DNA from: Moniliella sp. 'wahieum'
Lineage: Eukaryota
DNA: 64,000 nt
Direction: 5' to 3'
Assembly: GCA_003971905.1 (NCBI GenBank)
Contig: RSEE01000084.1
Span: 124,001-188,000 of the forward strand
In this document: piece after piece, positions 36,446-49,617 of the stretch
How positions within the stretch are numbered: position 1 is the stretch's first letter
Layout of the letters: every line of letters starts with the position of its first letter
Notes under the pieces: generated by a model
Databases searched by the model: none
What the model was told of the DNA's origin: nothing
The model's input: the letters and a program-made list of their open reading frames with translations, nothing else
Made by a program: the position numbers and the translations under genes

Positions 36446-39235
36446 TTAGTGCCGGGCTTGGGTAACGTCGTGTCCCGACGACCAGACCAAATCCAGTTCC
36501 TCGCGCAACGTTTGTTCGCGGAAGCGGAGGCGAATGGACGGGATGTTGGATTTGGACACCACGTTCCCACGTGGGCCTGGGAGGTAAAACTTGTTGCCCA
36601 ACCAATGCCGTTTGATCTCCATCTCCCAGCCCGATTGCAGCACCGAGTTGCGCGCCAACTCGCACATGTCCGACGCACGCAGTTTGTAAATCTGCGTTGC
36701 GACGCTGTACTCTTCCAGCAACGGCTCTTTGGATAGATGGAACTGCAATGGGTCGTCCGTCGACAGGGACACGTTCATCCCCAGCTTGAGGAAAGTGGGG
36801 AACGGGTTACGTTCGTACGAGAGGAACAGCGCATTGTTCGACAGCGGCGACATGGCCAACCCAATTTGCTTGAGGTAGTAGAGGTACTGTAGCGTCGGTA
36901 CCTTGCGCAGCTGGATGCCATGCGAAATCGATTGTGAGGTCAGGAAGGTCGCGGCCAAGTGGTCCGGGTCGCCCGCCTCCCCAGCATGGGGGCGCAGTAC
37001 AAACGTATCTGCTCGCCGTCAGTACTTGACACGGTCGACGCAAAAAAGGGGAACGCAAAACGTACTATACCCGCATGTGCCGCCACTGGTTGAGGGTGGA
37101 GATGTTGGCGTACATAAAGTAGGCCCAGTAGGAGTATGGCGGAGAGGACAGTCCGTCCCACTCCGACGGACGGGGGAACTTGTTATGGACCCTGCGCTCC
37201 GGCTTGGACTCATCATCAACCAAATCAAACCCGACCACACGTTGGAGGAAGACATGCAACTTGGGGTAAGCAGAGGGGTCATGTGTCGCCTCAAAGAGCG
37301 GCCCAAAGACATCTGTAGAAATCCCAGTCAGGTTTCGTAAACGTTCCCAAGAATGCAGATGGGCACGTACTGTCGATCACATCATCAAAGTTGTCCACCG
37401 TCCCGTTGGCCTTGTAGACATCGTACAAGCGTGGAACTTGGATTAGCCAACGCACATTTGGGGAAAATAGATCATTGTCCACAACCCAGGCAGCAAGTTT
37501 GTTCCATTCCTCCTTGTTGCGGCCATAAATGGAGAGGCGGTATTGTCATCTGATACTTGGAGGCCTCGAGATCCGCCATTAGCTCCTTGGTGATCTCCGC
37601 AGGTAGCGGCCATGAATCAAGTTGTCGGTTTGAGAAAAATCTCACGAAGACGCGACTCACCGAGCGGGTTGTACTTGAGGTTGAATTTGTCAAAGCGGTG
37701 GAAAGCGTCCTGGTGGGCATGCATGTCCAGCGTGTCAATCGAAAGATCGTACGCCGTCAGACCAAGCGACTCGAACACTTGTTCCAAAGTGAGTTTGTGA
37801 CCATCACGGAAGATGACCACATCGTCCGGATGACGCTTGATCTTGGCTTTGATGAACCGGAGTAGGTGCTTCTGGTTCATCGAGGCTGAGTGGTGAATAT
37901 GCGTGTCGACCTTGCGCACATTGTAGAAGTCACGGTGGGGAACTTTCTTCATCCCATCCAACTCGCGATACTCGTTCAAGAGAGTGTACAAGTTCCACTT
38001 GGCTTCGAGGTACTTGAGCCTGCGCCAAGCAAAGGAGCGGGTTGGACCATCCGCAACAATGTTTAAGAGAAAATCCAGATCCTTGTAGTATTGCCGCATG
38101 GTGATCGCTGCAAAAAGTGGTTTGGCCTCCTTGCCGACCGACTCGGGGGCCTGTTCATCAAACACCTGGAATACCCCGTCCACCCTTCGGAATGTAATCG
38201 GCCTTCCTTGGCGGGTGTGCTTGGTAGGGAAGCGCATGAACTTCATGTCGAACTTACCAGGTACGCTACCAGTGGCAGTGAGCAGCTGGCTCGCAGCATT
38301 GGCGTTGGCCGGGGAAGCGGGCGCGATGGCGGGAGGAAGGGGATTGACCGCTGTGGGACGAACACAAAGGAGGAGCTGGAGCAGGGTGGAAGTTTTCCCA
38401 GTGAGGTCGGGGTGGGGCGGGATAGATTCTCCACGGTTTGAGAGCGGGCTTGTCCCCGGAGCCGTCGGACCAATAATCATCGTCGGGCGAATAGGCAAGA
38501 GAACACCCATCAACATATACTTCCTTCTCCTTCTTGTAGTCCTGGTTGGCCTTGCCCGCCCCTGGCTGAGCATTGAATTGCTCCACATATTCAGCGTCCC
38601 AATTCTTTGGATTCTCCTCCCAGTGAGCCTGATGAGAAGCCAGCATATACTTGTCCCGAAGCTCGAGGCACTGTTGTAAGCTGGTGTAGAGCTCCGCCAG
38701 TTCCGACGAAATAGGGGCAGGGACGGACGAGTGGCCTTCGGCCGCGCCTGTGCCTAAGCTGGCTAGTCGAGCAGCCGCATCCGCAGGAGACGCCGCAAAC
38801 TCTCCTTTCCCATCTTTAGAGGAACTGACAGAAGGTTCATAATTGTCTTCTTCTTCGTCCTTCTCACCCCCGACAAGGGAATACGACGAGCGACTCATGC
38901 CCCAATGTTCGTCTGCCACCTCGTGTCGTAGTTATTCTCGGCGAGTTCTTCTTCCAACAGGTGGCGGGTGGGGGCGCTTCGATGGCCAAACAAGTGAGGG
39001 GCCGGAACAGGGCCTTCGACACTCTCTCCAAGTCTCGGTTTCTCTCCTGAGGGGACAGGTGAGAGAGCATCATGGCTGCATGAGAATGGGCGCTTGCGGC
39101 GGAGCTGGACAGCTCGGGGAAACTGTCCTCGGGTGGGGATGCAGCTCCTGGCATGGTCCACGGGGCCGATGGCGTTTCTCGCGTGGGGGTCACGTCGCCT
39201 GGCGTTGCATCGCCCGAAAGGACAGCAGCGTACAT
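36446..39235 (-). CDS. AMD1: AMP deaminase
   Basis: [117 protein letters not shown]. Two short introns near 37010-37067 and 37313-37371; frameshifts present. Confidence 0.96.
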
Positions 39236-42200
39236 GGTGATAGACGCAAGTGGTGGGGGGGGGGAATGGAGCCAATTCCAGCTTGTCGGATCAATTTGAT
39301 CAATGCAAAATGGTTTGCCTTGTGGTCTGCGGCGGGGAGAGCGAAGAGATAAGCTAACCGAGGGCAGAGGCCCCGTCACCAGCAGTCACATGCACATGCC
39401 ACATGCCATACGACAGCGGCCGTGTCAAGCTTCAAGCAGCAAGTTTAAATACCAATCGAATTATTGCAAGCAATAATCATGACCCCATAAATCGATGACG
39501 TAGTGAATTCCTACGCCTGAGCTGAGCGCGTCGGTGCATTGGCCGGTGCCCATGGCCCGTTCAAAACGTTCAACACGTTCACCCTCCCTTCCATCTTCAC
39601 CTAACCAGCTAATCCAGCCTGAACGGAACGCCTGAACCTCACTACAGATAGTAGCAGGGAGGCACTGTTCTACCTCTTCCGGGCTCCTCCGAATCGGACC
39701 ATCACTGTCGACATGGTCTTCTCTCTTCCTTGCTGTGACGGTGGCCATATGCACACCGATTCGCCTCATTACGTCTGCGGGAAAGTCGCGACTGGAATTT
39801 CACTACGTGCTAGACTACTGTGAGGATTGCCGCCGGTCGTGGTTTGACAATAAGGTGCACGACCAACTGAGGCAGAATAAGTACCTACGTTTGCCAATCC
39901 TAAGTTTGATAGCATTTTGCCCTTCAGGTACGCTCCTTACTATATGGCGGTACTGTACTTCGGCACCAAGCTTCGCCGCTGGCTTCAGTCCATATGTAAT
40001 TGAGAGGGCGAGCTGGACAACAATGTGCTGTGGCCGTCAGAATTGTAACCACTGCACTTTGAAGGATTGGGACAGAAAGGAGAGGTAATTCTTGCGTACC
40101 GGAAGGTGGCACACGAGCTAAGCCTGGCTAAGCCTGTTACACGCCGGATGAGTGAGCCTAGTACAGTAAGCGCGTACTTTATTCGCAACTTGCTGCCTTC
40201 GCTGGCGTACCCTTAGGCCTCACAGCTGTGCTGGATAACCGATAAGATCTAAGATCCCAGTCCAGAATGATTTTAAGGGTGGGAGAGGCTGTGACGAGAA
40301 AGGTGGAACGCATTGGCATATTCAGGAAACTGCTTCTCACCGAGAGCGAACCAGACGAAGACACCAGTAACCAAAAGGTCGGTGGAAGAGGGTCACCTGA
40401 AGAAAAGCAACGTGCGAACGGTCACGTGGACTCGCTTTGAGAAACGATATACCTTTGGGAGCTTCTAGCAAGGATGGTGTGCCAGGAGGTGCTCGTAGAA
40501 GGGAGACAGACACTGGTGGCACTTGTGTGGCCGCCGGTGACCGGTTACCGGATACGCGGTTACATCGGTTCCGCGTTACACGGCTATGGCGGCCGGTGAT
40601 ATTTGATGCCGATGATACATGGCAACTGGACCCTACTGGACCCCGGCGCCGGTCCTCTTCTGCATATTTTGCCGGCAACGTGGGGATCAGAGAGCAGGGG
40701 GGCAGCGCAAGGACAGCACACTCAAGGTGGCGGCGGACTAGCAGCGATGGTCGACGGTCTGCGGTGGCCTGCTGCCTCCTACGGCTCCTCGCCACCTGTG
40801 GGCCCTGCGTTTGCCCGGGCGGGGGGCTTGGCTGGGCCAGCGTGGCAAGGGGGCAGGAAGAGTAATCGATTGCTCAGCGCTGATGCGCTCATGCGAATCC
40901 AACCCTTGAAACATCCGATCCGTAAGCCGTGGCCGCCATCATGCATCAGGCTGGGAAGGGTCTGGAAGGGCTGGCGCTGGGACAAACACGCGGGTGCACT
41001 GCGCAGTACAGGGACGCGCTCGATCGATGGCCAGGATGATTCATAGACTAGATCATCGATAGAATCGTCAGGTATCGATCATCCGCCCCCGCCCTCTCAC
41101 AGCATTCGGTTTGGCGCTCTCCATCGCCTGCCATCGCCTGCGATAGTCAGAAGAGAGACGAGCGTCCTGTAGCCCCTCTGCCGCTCCCCGTTCACCCCGC
41201 GTCCATCATGCAACGTGGTCGCTCTTGCTCGCTCTGTCTGAGCGCTCATCCAGGCGGCCGTTTTTCGGCTTTTGAACTCAGACTGCGTACTGGTACTGAG
41301 TACTGACGTACTAAGTTGCATCCACCAGCGTATTCTCCGATGGCACCCGGCCTCAAGCTTCAAGCCCCATTAGCGCGTCAGCGTTGAACAACGTTGAGCC
41401 GCTGAGCTTCAACGATCAGCTTGGGCGCTCACTCAGCCACACCCCATATACTCCCCCCACGCATATTCTTTTCTACTCGCCACAGTTGTACGGTCAGTCC
41501 GGCATACCACTCACTATACTACACTGCATCATTCGCCAGCAGACATGCGATCTCGCGCCCCTCGTTTTCCGCGCGCCGCAACGGCCATACTAGCCAATTA
41601 AAACATCCCCCCCAGCACGATCACTTCAACGCTCTCTCTGTGTACCCCCTTTCGCCCTTGCGACATCCGAGCCATCCAGCCCCTCACGAGTATCATGTAA
41701 CACTCGAGTAACCGCACCCCACTCGCGTTTATGTGGCTGCGCTAGTGCCGCACTTGTCCCCCCCGCCCGCACCCCAGCTCCTTTCCGAACAGTGCAACGG
41801 ATGGTTCCGCATGCGCATCCCCCTTCCCTCTCATTCCCTTGCCTTCCACCACCTGTCTTCATTCTCACCTGGCCCCACCCCCGTCTTGTCCGATCGGAGC
41901 CTATACACTGCCCTGCATTCCTGACCGGAGCCCCCCCCTGTCCTTGGCTGTAACATCCCCCAACTCTTCGTATCAACTCATTGCCACCTGTCTGCATCTC
42001 CAGCGAGCTCTCGGTCGTCTGGCAGCCCACGATCTTCGTTTACTCCCCCCTCCACCCCCCCCTTGAATGGGCCAGCTCTTCCATCGGCCATTAATCACCC
42101 CATCTCGTGATTGCTACAGTACGTGCGGTACCTCTTCCCTTTCATCTCCGGAGACCAAGGGGCTTGCAAACCAGCATACTAACTTCCACGGATGCTGATT

Positions 42201-42303
42201 ATAACCACAAAGGAGCGCCCCCTCCGCTTCCTCCTCTAAACGCACTCGACACATTGGTTGCTTCCCTGTTGCTGCCCCGCCATACCACCTGTGCCTCATA
42301 TTA

Positions 42304-45250
42304 TGGCATCCATCGCCCCCGCCGAAGAGGGTGAGCTGTTGTCGCAGCTTCTCAGCTCCGACGAGATCCAGTCTCTTCTCGCGGCTACAGACTATGCTGA
42401 CGACGCTCTTCCGTTTGATTCCACCAACTGCGACCCATTTTCTATTCATCAGCCGGCTGTGCTGCCCCCGACCCGACCCAGCCGGACAAACTCCTTCGAT
42501 CCCACATCCTGTTACCTTTTCCACTCGAACCACTCGATCCAGCACCCACAATGCCAATGCCAGCATGCTTTTCCCCGTACTTCACCCCACCGATAATCTT
42601 GTACCTAGCGCTGCCAATCCCATGGCACACTAGCCAGTTCGTCTGCTCCATTTGCCGCCTCCCCTGTTCGCGTCTCCGGCTCTCCCTCCCCCCAGAGAGC
42701 AGATACCACGCCCAAATTTTTGCCCACCACATGTCCCATCTCAACTCGCACGACGGGCGCAACCAGAAGAAAGATAGGGTGGGCGCCTTGCTCGGTGATT
42801 GTGCTCCGATGAGCGTGCCAACCATCAGCTGGACATTGCCCTCCTCGTCCTCGTCCTCCTCCAACCGGGATCCTAGCCTCGACGACATGCTGCCTCTCCT
42901 TACAAGCGATGCTGCTCCCAAGATGACACTGCAAGAACGACGGAGGATGGCACGTCTGCGCGAGGCACGCGGCAATCTCCGGCATTCTCTCCAAACCCGC
43001 ACCAACACTCAAGTAACGACCAGCAGGAGGCTCGGCCGCGGGGCATTCCCCACCCACTGTCCAGTTCGTTCGGATCTACCAATCCGTCCATTGCACCTCT
43101 CAAGTACCCACCCCCTTCACCTGGATGGCAGAGCGAGCGCCCGTTCCGCCCGACGAAGATGAACCTCCGATTCGATGGACGAACTTGGACTTGCACAGTA
43201 CCTGGACCTCCTTCCGGCGGCCGTACCTCAGCCGCGCTTCCATTCCAGTCCAGCACCACCAACGTCTGGTCTCTTACTGACGGAGCAAGTTCGGCACACA
43301 GTACCTTGATCCCCACTCCGTCGGATTACGTCTCCATTCGCCTGCCCCACTTAACGGGGGTTGACCAGGAAAGGTATACCGACCGAGGCATACTCGTTGC
43401 TCGTGGTATAGGCACTCTGTCGGGGACTGGGAATGGAAAGGGGGCGGAGATCGAGACGGATACAGATCCGAAGACGGGACGAGAATGAGAATGGAGGCAG
43501 GGCCCAAGCAGGAAGCTGGAATTGCAAATGGGACTGAGGGTGGAGGCTGGATCGGTGCATTCGATCCGTTGAACGCACTGTTAGAGGTCGCCTCTCGCCG
43601 CCATCCAGTGATCGACTTGGGTCCCGTCCGTTTCAGCGGCGTTTACGGTGGCGGACGTGACGCTGCCAGACCATCCAATTGTGTATTGCAGCGACTCCTT
43701 CCTCCACTTGACGGGCTACGAGCGTCACGAAGTGATCGGGAAGAACGCGCGGTTCCTCCAGGCACCCAGTGGGCTGATGAGCAAAGGCGAGGTTCGCACC
43801 ACCACCGACCCTGCTGCTGTCGTCCATCCTCCCACCACCTGATGAAGCTGGAGGAGTGCCAGGCAAGTTTGATCAACTACCGTAAAGGCGGTGCTCCGTT
43901 TCTCAATTTGGTCACGCTCGTACCCATCCCATGGGAGGGGGTACCGGGGTCAAATACGTGGTAGGCTTCCAAGTCCCTCTTTGGCTCAAGGGGAAAATGG
44001 CATACTAGAGAGCAAGGAAGCCAGTACTCTCTCGCATCCGTCTCCCCTCGCACCCTTGCTTGAGAGGCGGCCTCTCCTCTCCAAACGGAGCCCAATCGGT
44101 GGCGAGCGTTGTGCGGCCAACGGAAGTAAACCCGTTTGAATGGGCAAGTCAACTGGTGGACCCATGGGCGGTGATCAACGGTCGTTCGGTGGTGCAGATG
44201 CTGTATCCAGAAGAAGAGGCGCCCCCCTCGGTCAAGCAGGAACATTGGTCTCGCGTGGTGGTGGAGAACACGCCAGACGTTCTTTTTTGTCCTTTCAATC
44301 AAGGCGTTTCTCCTCTCCCCACGCATCGAGCGTCAGACGGGATGGAGCCACGTGGAACTGAGCGGCAAGTCGATTGGAAATTATATGCACCCCGCCGATG
44401 TGGTTCCGGTCTTTCGCCAGCTAAAGGACGCTATTCTTCGAACGTGACCTCCAAGGAAGTCCATTTGCTATTCCGAATGAAAGTAAACGGAGAGTCGGAC
44501 TTAAGTGGATCGAGTCTGTCGGCCGAGTTCACATGGAGACGGGCAAAATGAAAGTCGTTATTCTCTCCGGTCGACCACGGGAGATTGAGCATGTACCACC
44601 TCAGGCATGAGTCGGGTTACTTCCTCCTCCGAGCCAGGGTTCTGGATGCGCCTGTCCAAACAAACCGGCCTCCTCTTGGCTGTAACTGCTCCGGTGATAC
44701 ATTTTCTGAGACTGAGTCCTGGTCAATTGATGGGCAAGTCGGTCAAGGACCTGGTTCCCGGCCCCAGGGCTGAGGCCCTCCTCGCCGCCCTTCAACATGG
44801 AGAGCAGTCGGTGGTTCAGCACGGCCTGCTCGATCGACTGGGGCGGAAAGTGACCGTACTGTCGCAAGTATACCCCTCTGTGGGCGCAACGAGCGTCTGG
44901 GTTCACATTCGTGGTTCCCACCCCGACTCGGTCGTAAGCGAGGACAGTGTGTATAATACAGCGCGCCCTTTCACTTCCTACAGGACGGAGCTGCCTTCGA
45001 ATGTGCTGCCAGAGTTTGATCCCATTGCTCTTCCAGCTGGCCATATGAACTCCAACGGCTCCGTTTGCTGAACAAGAAGCTGCGGCAAGAGGTGCAGACG
45101 ACGTATTCGCGACGGCTCAAGACCTTACCGATTTGGGCTGAGAACCAGAAGAAAGCCTCTTCCTGCCCCTCTGGAAGAGGAGGATCTGCAAGAGCTGTTG
45201 ATGACCCTTCCTGTTGCCACTTCGCTCGCCGAGGAGGAGGAGCCGATAAT
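42304..45250 (+). CDS. WC-1: White Collar-1-like LOV/PAS protein, basidiomycete type with no GATA zinc finger seen
   Basis: IDLGPV...[40 protein letters not shown] (LOV), [29 protein letters not shown] (VVENTPDV...[15 protein letters not shown]...VHLLFRM), PAS-C-like region and C-terminal [21 protein letters not shown]. Ends approximate. Confidence 0.88.
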
Positions 45251-46450
45251 CAAGCGAGGGCGAAACGGCCTTCACGCAGGCATGGGACGAAGAGAGGGAT
45301 GCAAACAAGATGGATGGCTTTTCAATGCTCGCCAGCGTCAGTTCCGATCCACTTCCGTGTGACTCTTCTTCCACCCACACCCGCACCACCTTTGATCCTC
45401 TCCTCCCCTCCCGCGCTCCCAGTAGTTTTTCAACGGTATACACATCTCTCACAGATTGCCAAATCCCGATCAAAACTGCCCCTCCACTTACCCCTCCCCT
45501 CCCCTCTTCAGGCCTTGATTTGTTTGGCTCAGTACAAGGACACCGTCTCTCTCCTGACATCACAGGAACTTTTCCCCTCTCCCCTCTTTTTCTCCTTATT
45601 CTCCTTATACATCCTCTGCGTCTCTTTGCACTTGCGGCGACAACAGGTACCCCTCTCTTCCACAATCCGCTTCCTTGACTCAGCAGGGTATTGGTTGTAT
45701 GGAGAGGAGTCTCCTCCGTCTGTACCCCCTACATACTAGCCTGTGCTCTCTTCTCTGTCTTTTCTGTTTGCGTGCCTTTTGCCTTTGTCCACCTACCGTT
45801 AATACCATCAGTCTGCAATTCGCGTTTTTTTCCAGCGGGAAGCCTCCTCACCGGGACCTGTGCTAGAGAGGCATCTCGTTGCATTCCACGACATTGTCAC
45901 AGGGCGAGCAGCAGCTGGGGTAGGCAGCAGTGTCATATGCCAACATGTCAAGGGAAATGCTTCCTGTGACTCCTGCGCTAGTTCCCCTCTGACACAGTTA
46001 CTATTAGTACGGTCAACGTAACTGGCACAAGGGCGAAAAGGTTACAACTGGCAGGCGGTCGGTGACCCAATCGTGAGTATTTTGGCTTGTGAGGCTCACA
46101 TGTGAGAGTATGAGAGTGTGAGGCCGGCAGTGGGTTACGCGGTTGCGCCGGCTACGCTTCTGTATAGAAAAGCGCGACTCTGCAGATGCGCCACCGCCGC
46201 CAGACGGATCGTGTGATGAGCGTTGGAAGCGTCGCGGGAACGCGTGAACGTTCAAGTTATCAAGTTCAAGTTCAAGTTCAACACTTTGCGGTAGGCTCAG
46301 CGCGCGCCCAGCGCTGCTCAGCGCCCGACGCGGATCAATTCACACTCCGCTCAGAAGCTTTTTCAACAGCCTGGCCGCCTCACCGCCACCTGCTGCCAGC
46401 CGGAGCGCGGTGGACTTGGACCAACGCCTGCCCGCCGTCTGCCCCCCCAC

Positions 46451-49100
46451 ATGCCCTCCTCCGCCTCGACCACGTCAGTGGACCAGCCCCCCAGCCCCGC
46501 CTCCGGAGGCTCCCCCTCCAGCCGCTCCGATCGCCCGCGCAGCAGCCTCACCAGCACCGGCACCAGTGCCGGTACCTTCCTCTTCGACCCGGGCACAGAG
46601 AGTACTGGCCACCGCACCGGCAATCGCACTGCCTCCTCTGGCCTCCATCTCTTATCCCACCACGTCGGATGACGAACCGTTCACCTTCGCCTATGCCGCT
46701 CGTGTCTCCCGCTCCTCTCTCCTGTCGGATAGGGTCCAGGGCGCAGAACGCTCCCCCTCCCCGCCGCAGCCAAAAAGCCAGCCCTCGTCTTCTGCCCGTC
46801 GGCCTCCCGAGCCTGCTGAACCTGCCGATGCTGACAAGCCTGATTGCGCCCCTCTGGTCGTACGCCTTTGCATGTCCGGGACCCACACGGGTCGCCACAG
46901 CCCATGGCCTGGGGGCCTATTTTTGGGCGGTCATCACTGATCCAACCACGGGAGAACCCTTCTTTGCCAACCCCACACGGGCGAGTGCCGCTGGGAAGTG
47001 CCGAGTGGCACGCTTGTCCTGCCCCCACCGCCGGACGGTGCCTGGCTTGAATTCTTTGACCCCCATCGCGGCCGGCCGTACTACCACAACTCCGAGTCGA
47101 GCGTGACGCAGTGGGACCGGCCCAGGGGCCTGGTCATCCCAATGACCGCTATTCAGGAAGTTGCCCACCTGCCTGACCATCTGGCGGTGGACTCGCATAC
47201 GTCGTTGCTGGTCCCCAGGTCGGACAGTGTGCGGCCGCCTTCGACGCTCTCTTCTCCCAACCTTCCTCTTTCCTGCCTCGGCCGAGCGGGTTGCCCACCC
47301 GACCCCGCTCGCACCGGTCCACCTCCCCTCCGGGCCCTCCACAAGGGCGCCGAACTAAGAACCGGCCTCGAGCGTCCGCGCCCCCGCTTACTCACCCCGC
47401 CTCGCATTCGGGAGCTCCGAGCGCCTCCATCGAACCCATCAGCTTTGCTGCTCAGATCACCAGTGCGATGCTCCGCGCACCCAGCAAAGGTACCTCGCCT
47501 GTCCCGGCGCGGTCCTCACCTTCTCTTTCCACGACCCCTACTCCCTGGGCGGTCTATGCAGCTCAAACGTTTTCAGAACAGCGGTCTGGTCTCTTCCGCT
47601 TGCGTCGTAAGATCCCGCTGGACCAGCTTAGAGCGTGGCAGCGCGAGCCCATCGTTGCCCCGCTGTTGGAGTCCACACCCCGACACCAAGTTCGCGAGGC
47701 GAACACCATGTTTAAGATTATTCTGCGCGTCTGCGGGGACCGAACCGCAGGCGTGCTCGGCGCCCAGGCTAGCCTCCTCGATGAGCTCTGTTGGTTGGTG
47801 GAGACCAGCCTTGCCAACAAAGGGTTGAGAGACGAAGTGGTACGCCCTCTGCCCCTCGCGTTGCTATGTTTAAGGGCCCTTCTAACTTTGCTGGGTAGTT
47901 TGTCCAACTCATCAAGCAGCTCACTCATAATCCTTCCACCGATTCTGCCTTCCGGGCGTGGCAGATGCTCAATGTGTTGCTGATCACCGGTTTCCCGCCG
48001 TCTGCCGCGTTACAGCGTCCGATGGCAGTGTGGATTGAGGGACAGGTGAGCAGCCTCCCCCCCCGCTCCGAAGGAACAGCAATGCGGACCGTAATAAGTG
48101 CCTGTGAAGCGCGCCTGGCCGCCGCCGCCTACCATGGTCCCCGAGCCCACGCCCCCAGTATGGACGCAATTGTCGCTGCCTTGGAAAGCCCCTTTAACCC
48201 TTGTGTCTTTGGGCTCAGCCTTGAGGCAGCCATGAAGACCCAAGCGCAAGTCTACCCGAAGGCGCAGGTCCCTGTTGTGCTCTCCTTCTGTGCTGACGCT
48301 ATGCTTGCTCTCGATGCCCCGCACACCAAGGGCATGTGGGCCTGGCCCCCGCCCCAAGAGCAAGTGGAAGAGTTGCGGTGCCGCATCGATCGGGGGACGT
48401 ACGCCTTGGCTGGCTTGCCATCTGACCCGCGCCTACCGGGAGCCGTGCTGCTTGCCTATCTAGCTGAGCTGACACCCGCCTTGCTTCCGCCGGAAGTGAC
48501 GGAGCAAGACACCTCTTCCCCCCGTAGCTTGAACCGCGTCGTGGCATCCTTGCCGACCTTGTCACGAAGAGTTTTGCTCTTTCTCATCAGCTTCCTTCAA
48601 CTCTTCACACTTCCGGACGCAGTCCGTTTGTCTGGTGTCTCACCCGCCCAGTTGGCCCGTACTTTTGCCCCGGCTCTGTTTGGCCCGACCGTCCCTGCGT
48701 CCCAGGAGGCGCAGATAACGTTCCTACAACAGGCACTGGCCCAGCTCGACTGTACATTGGATAAGGAGTATGTGCCTGTGCATGGGCGTGGACCCCAGGA
48801 GCCTTCCCTCCCCGACGCAGCGGCGCCCGTGCACGTCTTCCATCCGGTACGGGGACTGGGCCCAGGGCAACCAACCCGCCTGGCCCCCACGCTCGAAGTC
48901 GAATCGGCTACGTCGGAGGGCGAGAGCAGCGTCGCGGGCTATCAGGCTGGTGGTGCGGCCCATGCCTCCTATCCTCTTTCTTCGTCCAACCTGCGCAGCT
49001 TGATTTCCAAGCTCACGCACAGGAACAGTACGAGCTCCAAACCCTCGCCCAGAGCCAGCGGACCTCTCGCCTGGTCCTGGATGGCTTTGTGCATGGCCTG
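46451..49100 (+). CDS. WW + MyTH4 + RhoGAP-like protein (ARHGAP39/Vilse architecture)
   Basis: Two WW-like modules (FWAVITDPTTGEPFFANP...CRW; WLEFFDPHRGRPYYHN...TQWDRP), MyTH4 (RAWQREPI...LRDEV / CQLIKQLTHNP; intron at about 47840-47898) and a RhoGAP-like domain (VFGLSLE...VPVVLSFCA...LPTLSRRVLLFLISFLQLF...LARTFAPALF). Confidence 0.82.
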
Positions 49101-49617
49101 CCCACCCTGGCCAGCACCTCCCTTGAAGTTGAGGACGGAAGCAGCAGGCGAGTACGGCGTGAGAGTGTTGGCTAGGTGTCAACTGTTTGGCTGGGTTCGT
49201 GGGGCCCTCTGTAGCGTGCACCATCTTGGACTGATCCTGCACATGTGACCATCAGGGGGACATACCTGACTCGCGCGTGACCTTGTGCGGTGGTGACCCT
49301 TTTTGCATTTGCCTTTTCCCTACCTCGATCATGATCCCATTTCCCCCTTCAAAATCCCTCTGCTTTTCTGTCGTGTTTTGGCGGGCCTTGCTCCGGCCTG
49401 GGCCCCCTCATTTGGTACCTTTCTTTTTTTCTTTGGCCACCTTACCCTTGGCCCCAATGGATTCGAGTTGTTACCCTCTCTCTTTCTCCCCTCTCTCCCC
49501 CGTACTTCTACTTGGACTACCACTCCGTCCTGGTGTATCTCCGCCCCGCCATGGACCACTCCAAAAATGCATATCACTGCCCTTAAGGGCGGGACGACTG
49601 GACGATCTGGTCCGATG

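Noticed and set aside
39700..41100. Short ORFs between AMD1 and WC-1
   Set aside because: No recognisable domains. It may be a TE relic, but the sequence alone does not support that.
45065..45739. GATA zinc finger at the WC-1 C-terminus
   Set aside because: No C-x2-C-x18-C-x2-C pattern found. Its absence is the normal basidiomycete state, so it is not novel.
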